Positions 18,522 to 26,478 of a stretch of DNA of 64,000 nt are shown one piece after another. Position 1 is the first letter of the stretch; each line of letters starts with the position of its first letter. This DNA comes from an uncultured Verrucomicrobiota bacterium (GTDB lineage: Bacteria > Verrucomicrobiota > Kiritimatiellia > CAIQIC01 > Lenti-01): the NCBI GenBank assembly GCA_964399775.1, contig CAYNSH010000006.1, positions 3,507-67,506 on the forward strand, written 5' to 3'. The notes beneath the pieces were generated by a model that saw only the letters and a list, made by a program, of their open reading frames with translations, had not been told where the DNA came from and searched no databases. Position numbers and translations under genes: made by a program.

Positions 18522-20887
18522 ACGAGCCGTTGGACTGGAGCCGGGACGCCCCCGTGCCGGATGGTGATGGATTGAAAACCACCCGACGAGGGCGTCGGGT
18601 CTCCAAAACCCGATGGAAGTGGGACGCTCCGGATGGTTTCGGATGGACATTCGCCCGATGGAGCCGGGACGCCCCCGTGCCGCCGCGGCTTCGCATCCCC
18701 ATTCTGCTCTTCCTCCTGCTGGTTCTTCTCCCCGGGGCGTTCTGGGCGGCGCTGCGCTGGGTGCCATTTCCCGACGAGGCGCTGGCGCATCTGCCCGTAT
18801 CCGTGGTGCTGGCCGATCGGCATGGCGAGCCGTTACGGGTGCGTCTGGGCGCGGGGGGATTCGACTGCCGCCCCGGCTACGTGCCGGATCCCGAGGACTG
18901 GATCGTCCAGGCGCTGGTCGCCGCCGAGGACCGCCGCTTCTGGGATCACGCCGGCGTGGACCCGCTGGCCTTGCTGCGCGCCGTCGGCCAGAACCTGCTC
19001 CATGGCCGCCGCATTTCCGGGGCCTCGACCCTCTCGACCCAGGTCATCCGCATGGCCCAACCGCGCCGCCGCACCCTGTCCACGAAAGCCATCGAAGCCT
19101 TCCGCGCCTTTCAAATGGAACGCCGCTACGACAAGCGCCACATCCTGGCGCACTATCTCGATCGCGCCCCCTTTGGCGGCAACATCGTGGGCATCGAGGC
19201 GGCCGCCCAGCGCTATTTTGGCAGAAATGCCGCCGAGCTGAGCCTGGCCGAAGCCGCGCTGCTGGCCGGCCTGCCGCAGTCGCCCTCGCGCCTGCGTCCC
19301 GACCGTCATCCCGAACGCGCCAAGCGCCGCCAGGCCTACGTGCTCGACCGCATGGAAGCCTGCGGATTCATCACCGCCCGCCAGCGGCGCGACGCGCTGG
19401 CCCAGCCCCTCGATCCGCGCCCCGGGGTCTATCCCTTCCGCGCCCCGCACTTCTGCGATCTGGTCGGCGTGCCTGCACCGCCCTCCGCCGGCGGCGCGGT
19501 GCGGACCACGCTGGATTCCGGCCTCCAGAGCCTGGCCGAAGAAACCCTCCGCCGCCGGCTGGGCAGCCTCGCCGCCAACGGCGGGGCGGTCGTGGTGATC
19601 GAAGTGGCCACGGGAGCGGTGCGCGCGCTCGTTGGATCCCCCGACTACGCCGATCCGCGGGCCGGGCAGGTCAACGGCGCCATTGCCCCGCGCGCCGCCG
19701 GTTCCACCCTCAAGCCCTTCGCCTACGCCCTGGCCATGGACCGCGGCCTCGTCACGCCCGCCACCCAGTTGGCCGACGTACCCCTGCGCTTCCGCGACTT
19801 TGATCCGCGCAACTTCTCGCTCGATTTCCGCGGACTGGTCGGCACACGCGAGGCCCTGGTCCTCTCCCTGAACCTGCCCGCGATCGAGATTCACCGCCGC
19901 GTTGGACAGGAACGCCTCCTTGCCACCCTGCGCGACCTGGGGCTGACGACTCTCGACCGGACCCCCGATCATTATGGCATCGGGTTGGTGCTGGGCGGCG
20001 CGGAGGTGCGCCTGCTCGAACTCGCCAACGCCTATGCCGCGCTGGCGCGCCGGGGCGATTGGGCGCCGTTGCGCTTTGTCGAATCCGCCGCGCCGCCTTC
20101 CACCCGTCCGGTGTTCTCGCCCGAAGCCGCCTGGCTGGTCGGCGACATCCTCTCCGGCGACGAACGCGCCATGGATGCCACCGGGCATGCCGCCGACGTG
20201 CGCCTGCCCGTCATGGCCTGGAAGACCGGCACCTCCGCGGGGTTGCGCGATGCCTGGACCGTGGCCTGGAATCCCGACGTGGTGATTGGCGTTTGGGTGG
20301 GCAACGCCGACGGCACCGCCTCCGATGGGCTGGTGGGTCGGCTGGCGGCGACACCCGTCGCCTGGGATCTCGCCCGCCGGCTCTATCCCGGCAACGTCGG
20401 CCCCGCTTTCGCCCGGCCGCCGGGCATCGTGCCGCGCGAGGCCTGCCTCGCCAGCGGCTGCGTGCCCGGACCGCATTGCGCCCACCGCACGGAGGACTGG
20501 GCCATTGCGCGGGTGTCGCGCCACGATCCCTGCCCGGTGCACCGCCACGGCCCGGAACCCGTCTGGCCCACGGCTGTCGCCGCCTTCTTCAACCGCCGCG
20601 CCGCGCCGGCCGAAGAAACCCCGTCCGCCTCCCTGCGCATCCTGTCGCCTGCGCGCGGCAGCGTCTTCCGCCAGATGCCCGATGACGAAACCACCTGGCA
20701 GCGCCTGGCGCTCGACGCCGCCACCGACCGCGCCAACGAGACGTTGCATTGGTTCGTCAACGATCGCCCCGTGGGGCAGTCCCGCTCCGGCCAGCCCCTG
20801 TTCTGGCCCCTGGAACCCGGCACCCACCAGATCGTTTGCGCCACCCCCCGCGGCCTCAGCGACCGCATCCAAATCGCCGTGGAGTGA
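18518..20887 (+). CDS. pbpC: Penicillin-binding protein 1C (bifunctional transglycosylase/transpeptidase)
   Basis: GT51 motifs EDRRFWDHAGVD and GASTLSTQ, transpeptidase GSTLKPF, and a C-terminal PbpC-specific domain (HWFVNDRPVG...HQIVCATPRG). Start is uncertain: GTG 18518 (GTGA overlap with the A2M stop) or GTG 18677 (giving MPPRLRIPILLF... just before the TM helix). There is no in-frame ATG. Confidence 0.85.
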   Translation: MNEPLDWSRDAPVPDGDGLKTTRRGRRVSKTRWKWDAPDGFGWTFARWSRDAPVPPRLRIPILLFLLLVLLPGAFWAALRWVPFPDEALAHLPVSVVLADRHGEPLRVRLGAGGFDCRPGYVPDPEDWIVQALVAAEDRRFWDHAGVDPLALLRAVGQNLLHGRRISGASTLSTQVIRMAQPRRRTLSTKAIEAFRAFQMERRYDKRHILAHYLDRAPFGGNIVGIEAAAQRYFGRNAAELSLAEAALLAGLPQSPSRLRPDRHPERAKRRQAYVLDRMEACGFITARQRRDALAQPLDPRPGVYPFRAPHFCDLVGVPAPPSAGGAVRTTLDSGLQSLAEETLRRRLGSLAANGGAVVVIEVATGAVRALVGSPDYADPRAGQVNGAIAPRAAGSTLKPFAYALAMDRGLVTPATQLADVPLRFRDFDPRNFSLDFRGLVGTREALVLSLNLPAIEIHRRVGQERLLATLRDLGLTTLDRTPDHYGIGLVLGGAEVRLLELANAYAALARRGDWAPLRFVESAAPPSTRPVFSPEAAWLVGDILSGDERAMDATGHAADVRLPVMAWKTGTSAGLRDAWTVAWNPDVVIGVWVGNADGTASDGLVGRLAATPVAWDLARRLYPGNVGPAFARPPGIVPREACLASGCVPGPHCAHRTEDWAIARVSRHDPCPVHRHGPEPVWPTAVAAFFNRRAAPAEETPSASLRILSPARGSVFRQMPDDETTWQRLALDAATDRANETLHWFVNDRPVGQSRSGQPLFWPLEPGTHQIVCATPRGLSDRIQIAVE
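18536..18559. repeat. 24-nt direct repeat TGGAGCCGGGACGCCCCCGTGCCG (copy 1 of 2; copy 2 at 18659..18682)
   Basis: Exact duplicate 123 bp downstream. Each copy contains GGAG and an in-frame GTG relative to pbpC. Confidence 0.85.
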
Positions 20888-21169
20888 TGGGGAAACCCAC
20901 GGCAAAGCGGAAAGGCGGCAACGCACAAAATGGATGGCACGGATCCAAACGAAGGGTTTTGGATCGAATCCGTGGAATCGTGTTCATCGGTAGCTGGGAT
21001 CGCTTGCCTGGGGCATTGCCTTTAGGATTTCTTTTTGGGGATTGACGGGGCGGGGGGCGGGGGGTAGGGTGCGCGGGTTTTTGAATCCGGTTCTTTGTCA
21101 CGGTCGGGCGCGGCGCCTCGGAAGGATTGCCGTTGCGCGATTGCGGGATGCCACATCGACGAGCCATCA

Positions 21170-21243
21170 TGCCCGATGGTGTAATGGCAGCACACGGCCC
21201 TTTGGAGGCCAGAGTCAAGGTTCGAGTCCTTGTCGGGCAACCA
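21170..21243 (+). tRNA. tRNA-Gln (anticodon TTG), CCA encoded
   Basis: Hand-folded cloverleaf: acceptor TGCCCGA/TCGGGCA, anticodon loop CTTTGGA, T arm CAAGG-TTCGAGT-CCTTG, then ACCA. The U1:A72 pair is typical of tRNA-Gln. Confidence 0.85.
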
Positions 21244-21270
21244 GATGGCCGGCGACCAGCGGATGAGAGA

Positions 21271-22239
21271 ATGAAGGACATGCAAGATCACATCAAATTA
21301 TTTGCAGGCAATGCAAACCGGCCGCTGGCGGAAAAGATCGCGGCGCGGGTTGGCGTGGGCTTGAGCGCCGCCAGCGTGACACGGTATCCCGACGGCGAGA
21401 TTTGCGTGACGTACGAAGAGACGGTGCGGGGGCGGGATGTCTTCATCATCCAGCCGACGGGGATTTCGCCGAATGAATACCTGATGGAGTTGCTGGTCAT
21501 GACCGACGCGGCGCGCCGGGCCTCGGCCAAGCGCATCACGGCGGTGATGCCGTTTTTCGCCTATGCGCGGCAGGACCGCAAGGACCGCTCGCGGGTGCCG
21601 ATTTCCGCCAAGCTGGTGGCGAACCTGCTGGTGGCGGCCGGAGTGGACCGGGTCTTGACGATCGACTTGCACTCGCCGCAGATCCAGGGGTTTTTCGACA
21701 TTCCGGTGGATCATTTGTATGCGGCGCCCCTGCTGGTGCGCTATCTGCGCGAGAAGCTGCCGCCGGAGAACCGCGTGGTGGTGGCCCCCGATCCGGGCGG
21801 CCTGAAGATGGCCTATTCCTATTCCCAACTGCTGAATGCCGGACTGGCCCTGGCGGGCAAGCACCGGACGAGCGCGACCGAGGTGGAAGCGCTGGAACTG
21901 GTGGGCAACGTGGAAGGGAAGGACTGCATCCTGACCGACGACATCACCACGACGGCCGGAACGCTTTGCGCGGCGGCCAAGATGGCCAAGGCCCACGGGG
22001 CCAAGTCGGTGCGGGCGGCCGTGAGCCATTGCCCGATCACCGAGCTGGGAATCCGGCGGCTGCAAGAATCGCCGATCGAAGAGCTGGTGACCACGGACAG
22101 CCTGCCCCAGCAGAGCTGGGACGGGTTCCCGCTGACGGTGCTGTCGGTGGCGGATTTGCTGGGCGATGCCATCAAGCGGATCTACGGGGATGAATCGGTG
22201 TCGAAGCTATTTGAGATTCACCAAGGGAGAATGCAATGA
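21271..22239 (+). CDS. prs: Ribose-phosphate pyrophosphokinase
   Basis: IKLFAGNANRPLAEKIA...YPDGEI...FFAYARQDRK...DLHSPQIQGFF...ILTDDITTTAGTL are PRPP synthase motifs. The upstream part of the track ORF overlaps the tRNA. Confidence 0.95.
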   Translation: MKDMQDHIKLFAGNANRPLAEKIAARVGVGLSAASVTRYPDGEICVTYEETVRGRDVFIIQPTGISPNEYLMELLVMTDAARRASAKRITAVMPFFAYARQDRKDRSRVPISAKLVANLLVAAGVDRVLTIDLHSPQIQGFFDIPVDHLYAAPLLVRYLREKLPPENRVVVAPDPGGLKMAYSYSQLLNAGLALAGKHRTSATEVEALELVGNVEGKDCILTDDITTTAGTLCAAAKMAKAHGAKSVRAAVSHCPITELGIRRLQESPIEELVTTDSLPQQSWDGFPLTVLSVADLLGDAIKRIYGDESVSKLFEIHQGRMQ

Positions 22240-22907
22240 AAGAGACGAAATTAAGCGCGAAAGTGCGCACGGCAAAAGGCAGCGCGGCGTCGGGCCGGCT
22301 GCGCCGCACGGGCCAGTTCCCGGCGGTGATCTATGGCGAAGGCCGGCCGGGGTTGGACATCCAGCTCAACGAGCATGACTTCGTGATGATGCTGCGCAGC
22401 CACCGCAGCGAAAACATGATCCTGGACCTGGCGGTCGAGGGGCAGGACAAGCCCATCAAAGTGATGTTGAAGGCGTTGCAGCATCATCCGATCACCGGGC
22501 GGGTGATTCACGTGGATTTCTACGAGGTCTCGATGACCCGCGCGATCCAGATCGAGGTGCCCGTGAAGTTGATGGGGATTCCCTTCGGGGTCTCCAACCA
22601 GGGCGGCATGCTCGAGCATGTGTTGCGCACGCTGACGCTGGAGTGCCTGCCCGGCGACGCCATCGAGGAGCTGGAACTGGATGTGAGCGAACTGCACGTG
22701 GGCCAGACCCTGCGCGTGAGCGATGTCGCCGTCGACGCCTCGACGTTCAAGGTGCTCGACGAGCCGGATCAGACGGTCGTGGCGGTGGCGGCGCCGCGCC
22801 TGGAGGTGGAGCCGGTGGCCGCGACGGCCGAGGGCGAGGCCGAGCCGGAAGTCTTGAGCGCCAAGAAGGAAGAGGAAGGCGAGAAGGCCGAAGCGGAGAA
22901 GAAGTAG
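22236..22907 (+). CDS. rplY: 50S ribosomal protein L25 / general stress protein Ctc
   Basis: KVRTAKGSAASGRLRRTGQFPAVIYG... with an acidic C-terminal tail; conserved position in prs-ctc-pth. Confidence 0.9.
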   Translation: MKETKLSAKVRTAKGSAASGRLRRTGQFPAVIYGEGRPGLDIQLNEHDFVMMLRSHRSENMILDLAVEGQDKPIKVMLKALQHHPITGRVIHVDFYEVSMTRAIQIEVPVKLMGIPFGVSNQGGMLEHVLRTLTLECLPGDAIEELELDVSELHVGQTLRVSDVAVDASTFKVLDEPDQTVVAVAAPRLEVEPVAATAEGEAEPEVLSAKKEEEGEKAEAEKK

Positions 22908-22940
22908 CCGCATGAATCGGGCAGGAGGCGTGAACCGGGC

Positions 22941-23513
22941 ATGAAACTGGTGCTGGGGCTCGGCAATCCCGGTCGAACGTACGCGCAAACCCGGCACAAT
23001 GCCGGCTGGGCGGTGCTCGACGAGTTTGCCGCCCGCCGCGGGGTGCGGTTTCGACGCTCCTGGCGGCGCCCGGTCCAGAGCGCGAAAGCGGCGCTGGAAG
23101 GCGCGGGCCACCTGCTGCTGGTGAAGCCGCTGACCTACATGAACCGAAGCGGGACGGTCCTGCCCGGGTTGATGCGGCCGGCCGGCCTGGAAGCAAAAGA
23201 CTTGATTGTGGTGACCGATGACGTCAATCTGCCCCCGGGTACGTTGAGAATCCGGGCCAAAGGCGGCGCCGGGGGCCACAACGGACTGAAGTCGGTGATC
23301 GAGCATCTCGGCAGCGAGGCCTTTGTGCGGTTGCGCGTCGGAGTGGGAGAACAGAAACAGGGAACGAATTTGAAGGATCACGTGCTGGAGCGGATGGGCG
23401 CGGAGGAGCGCGAGCAGTTGACGGCGACGTCGGTGCGCGCGGCCGAGGCCCTGGAACACGTGCTGGTGCACGGCGTCGACAGCGCGATGAATCGATACAA
23501 CGCAGGAGAATGA
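22941..23513 (+). CDS. pth: Peptidyl-tRNA hydrolase
   Basis: MKLVLGLGNPGRTYAQTRHNAGW...TYMNRSG...GGHNGLKS. Confidence 0.95.
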   Translation: MKLVLGLGNPGRTYAQTRHNAGWAVLDEFAARRGVRFRRSWRRPVQSAKAALEGAGHLLLVKPLTYMNRSGTVLPGLMRPAGLEAKDLIVVTDDVNLPPGTLRIRAKGGAGGHNGLKSVIEHLGSEAFVRLRVGVGEQKQGTNLKDHVLERMGAEEREQLTATSVRAAEALEHVLVHGVDSAMNRYNAGE

Positions 23514-23514
23514 G

Positions 23515-23847
23515 GTGAACAAATACGAGGCGATGATCATCTTTCGGGAGAGCCTGAAGGAAACGGACTGGGATGCCGCGGTGGATGCGGTGCGCGTGGA
23601 GATTGAAAAACTGGGCGGAGCGGTCTCGAGCTGCACGCGTCTGGGCAAGCGCGAGTTCGCCCGGCCGATGCAGAAGCAGCAGAGCGGCCACTATGCGCTG
23701 ATGGCCTTTGCGCTGGACGGCGAAAAGGTGGCGCCGCTGCAGGCCCGCTTGAAGCTGAACACGGACGTCTTCCGCGTCCAGGTCGTCGTGGCGCCGCCGG
23801 CGCCGCCGGCCCCGCCGAAAGGAGAGCCCGATGGCCTCGCTGAATAA
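23515..23847 (+). CDS. rpsF: 30S ribosomal protein S6
   Basis: NKYEAMIIFRESL...GHYALMAF; GTG start at 23515; rpsF-ssb-rpsR-rplI synteny. Confidence 0.9.
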   Translation: MNKYEAMIIFRESLKETDWDAAVDAVRVEIEKLGGAVSSCTRLGKREFARPMQKQQSGHYALMAFALDGEKVAPLQARLKLNTDVFRVQVVVAPPAPPAPPKGEPDGLAE

Positions 23848-24283
23848 GGTCCTCCTGATCGGCAACCTGACGCACGATCCCGAGCTGCGGCGGATTCCCT
23901 CGGGGACCGCGGTGGTGACGCTGCGCATGGCGGTGAGCGAATCGTTCCAGAACAAGAGCGGCGAGCGCGTTGAGCGCACGGTGTTCCTGGACGTGGATGT
24001 GTGGGACCGCCAGGCGGAAAACTGCGCCCAGTACCTCACCAAGGGGTCGCCGATTTGCGTGGAAGGCCGCCTGCAACTGGATTCCTGGGACGACAAGGAG
24101 ACGGGCCAGAAGCGCTCGCGCCTGAAAGTGCGCGCCGACCGGGTCCAGTTCCTCAGCGGGCCGCGCCGCGATGGCGCCGTGCGCGACGCCCCGCCGTCGG
24201 CCGGCGGATCGGCCGTCGCCGACCCGGGCGGATTCGACGAACCCCTGGCCAAGTCGACCGATGACGAAGACATTCCCTTTTAA
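23831..24283 (+). CDS. ssb: Single-stranded DNA-binding protein
   Basis: LNKVLLIGNLTHDPELR OB fold, with an acidic tail ending DDEDIPF. Confidence 0.95.
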   Translation: MASLNKVLLIGNLTHDPELRRIPSGTAVVTLRMAVSESFQNKSGERVERTVFLDVDVWDRQAENCAQYLTKGSPICVEGRLQLDSWDDKETGQKRSRLKVRADRVQFLSGPRRDGAVRDAPPSAGGSAVADPGGFDEPLAKSTDDEDIPF

Positions 24284-24301
24284 CATGGAGTAGCAAGCAC
24301 T

Positions 24302-24544
24302 ATGATGAAGCCAAAACGAAAACGGACTCCCCGGAAAACGAATGCCGACGAGGTGGCGCGCAAGCGCGTCCGCATGTTGAAGGCCGACCAGGAGGTCGAC
24401 TACCGGGACTATGAATTCCTGCGCAAGTTCATGACCGAGCGGGGCAAGATCCTGCCCGGGCGGCTGACGGGAACCAACGCGAAGCAGCAGCGGCAGGTCA
24501 AGCGGGCGATCCGCCGGGCGCGGGTCATGGGATTGCTGCCCTAG
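24302..24544 (+). CDS. rpsR: 30S ribosomal protein S18
   Basis: [49 protein letters not shown]. Confidence 0.95.
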   Translation: MMKPKRKRTPRKTNADEVARKRVRMLKADQEVDYRDYEFLRKFMTERGKILPGRLTGTNAKQQRQVKRAIRRARVMGLLP

Positions 24545-24566
24545 GCGGCGGAAAGGCAAACGAGCC

Positions 24567-25046
24567 ATGGGCAAAATGATGGAAGTAATCCTGCTGGACG
24601 ATGTCGCCGATCTGGGACGCTCCGGCGACACGTGCCGGGTGCGGGCGGGCTATGCGCGCAACTTTTTGTTCCCCCAGAAACGGGCGGTGACGATGAGTCC
24701 CGGCACCAAGCGGTTGATCGAGAAAAAGCGCGCCGAAGCCGAAGTGCGCCGCGCCGAGGAAAAGGAAACGGCCAAGGCGCTGCTGAAGAAGCTCGAAGGC
24801 CTCGTGGTGACCTGCTCGGTCAAGGCGAACGCCGAAGGGCGGCTGTTTGGTTCGGTGGGCGCGGCCGACGTGCTGGCGAAACTGGCCGAAGAAGGCATCC
24901 CGCTGCAGAAGAAGCAACTGGCGATGCACGAGCCGTTCAAGGCGCTGGGCGAGCACGAAGCCGAGCTGCACCTGCACCCCGAGGTGCGCGGCACGCTGAA
25001 GGTGAAGGTCGTGGCCGAAAAGACCGCGGCGGCGGCGGAAGCATAG
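24567..25046 (+). CDS. rplI: 50S ribosomal protein L9
   Basis: MEVILLDDVADLGRSGDTCRVRAGYARNFLFPQKRA. Confidence 0.95.
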   Translation: MGKMMEVILLDDVADLGRSGDTCRVRAGYARNFLFPQKRAVTMSPGTKRLIEKKRAEAEVRRAEEKETAKALLKKLEGLVVTCSVKANAEGRLFGSVGAADVLAKLAEEGIPLQKKQLAMHEPFKALGEHEAELHLHPEVRGTLKVKVVAEKTAAAAEA

Positions 25047-25062
25047 GAACGGGAGCGGGCGA

Positions 25063-26478
25063 ATGGCCGGGGCGGCACAGGCGGCAGCGGCTGGCCGATC
25101 GCCAGTCCGGCCCGGCGACCGGGTCCCCCCGCACAGCGAAGACGCCGAGCGGGCCGTGCTGGGCTGCGCCCTGCAAGAGGCCGGCCGAGTCCTCGACCTG
25201 TGCGTCGAGCGGCAGATTTCGCCGGAGTCCTTCTATGTGCAGGCCCACCAGGACCTCTATGCCACGATGCTGGAGCTCTACGGCAACCGCAAGCCGGTGG
25301 ACCTGGTCACGGTGGCCGACCGCCTGCGCGAAACGGGCCAACTGCAGGTCCTGGGCGGAGAAGAGGAACTGGGACGCCTGATCGAAGGCACGCCCACCAC
25401 CGCCCACGCCGACTACTACATCCAGATCGTCTACGACAACCACCTGCTGCGGCGAATCATCACCGCGGCCCGGTCGGTCACCGAAGAGTGCTACCAGGCC
25501 GAAATGGAGGCCGAGTCCGTCCTGGGCGTGGCCGAGGAATCCTTTTTTTCTCTGAGCGAGCAGCGCCTCGGCGTCGAGCGCTCGTGGGGCGACTTGGTCA
25601 GCCTGGAGATGAAGGAAGTCGAGAAGCTCATCTCCGAGAAGAAGGGCATCACGGGGCTGTCGACGGGCTTTGTCGACATCGACAAGAAACTGCTGGGGTT
25701 GCAGCGCAGCGATCTGATCGTGCTGGCGGCGCGGCCGTCGATGGGCAAGACCTCGCTGGCGCTGAACATGGCCGAACATGTTGCGCTGGGCGCGCGCGGC
25801 CAGGAGCCGGTGCCGGTGGCGGTGTTCAGCCTGGAAATGTCGGCGGAATCGCTGGTGCGGCGAATGATCTGCTGCCATGCGGGGGTGTCCAGCCAGGAAC
25901 TGTCGACCGGCCGGGTGGGCAAGGAAGAACACGGCAAGCTGATGGCGGCGGCGGACCTGTTGCGCGGCGCGCCGATCTATGTCGACGACACCGCCGGGCT
26001 GGAGGCCATGGATCTGCGCGCCCGCGCGCGGCGGCTCAAGCGCAAGTACGGGATCGAATTCATCGTGGTGGACTATTTGCAGTTGATGAACTATTCCAAA
26101 TTCGCGCAGGAGGGGCGCCAGCGCGAGACGGCCGCGATTTCACAGGCCCTGAAGGGCATGGCCAAGGAGCTGAAGGTGCCGGTGCTGGTGCTGAGCCAGT
26201 TGAGCCGGGCGCCCGAAACGCGCGACTCCAAGAGCGCGGTGCCCAAGCTGTCCGATTTGCGCGACTCGGGCGCGATCGAACAGGATGCGGATGTGGTGAT
26301 GCTGCTGCGTCGGCCGTGCCGCTACAAGAACGACAAAGACGCGGACGACCTGCGGCTGGCGATCGTGGACATTGCCAAGCACCGCAACGGGCCCGTGGGC
26401 GAAGTGCGGCTGGACTTTGAAGAGCGCTACACCCGGTTTGGCAACCGGATCGAACAGATGGATGCGGAGGCGGAATGA
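25063..26478 (+). CDS. dnaB: Replicative DNA helicase DnaB
   Basis: PPHSEDAERAVLGCAL, Walker A AARPSMGKTSLALN, and SLEMS...DYLQLM...LSQLSR...LRDSGAIEQDADVV. Confidence 0.95.
   Translation: MAGAAQAAAAGRSPVRPGDRVPPHSEDAERAVLGCALQEAGRVLDLCVERQISPESFYVQAHQDLYATMLELYGNRKPVDLVTVADRLRETGQLQVLGGEEELGRLIEGTPTTAHADYYIQIVYDNHLLRRIITAARSVTEECYQAEMEAESVLGVAEESFFSLSEQRLGVERSWGDLVSLEMKEVEKLISEKKGITGLSTGFVDIDKKLLGLQRSDLIVLAARPSMGKTSLALNMAEHVALGARGQEPVPVAVFSLEMSAESLVRRMICCHAGVSSQELSTGRVGKEEHGKLMAAADLLRGAPIYVDDTAGLEAMDLRARARRLKRKYGIEFIVVDYLQLMNYSKFAQEGRQRETAAISQALKGMAKELKVPVLVLSQLSRAPETRDSKSAVPKLSDLRDSGAIEQDADVVMLLRRPCRYKNDKDADDLRLAIVDIAKHRNGPVGEVRLDFEERYTRFGNRIEQMDAEAE

Noticed and set aside
18613-19803. 396-aa ORF in an alternative frame inside pbpC
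   Set aside because: The translation is Arg/Pro/Gly-rich, while the pbpC frame carries the GT51 and transpeptidase motifs.
20887-21045. Small ORF MGKPTAKRKGGNAQNGWHGSKRR... after pbpC
   Set aside because: It is short, has no SD or recognisable family, and lies in the probable tRNA-Gln promoter region.
21043-21071. TTGACG-17 nt-TAGGGT as a tRNA-Gln promoter
   Set aside because: The spacing is right but the -10 is poor and the spacer is a G-run. This is too weak to report as a feature without transcript data.
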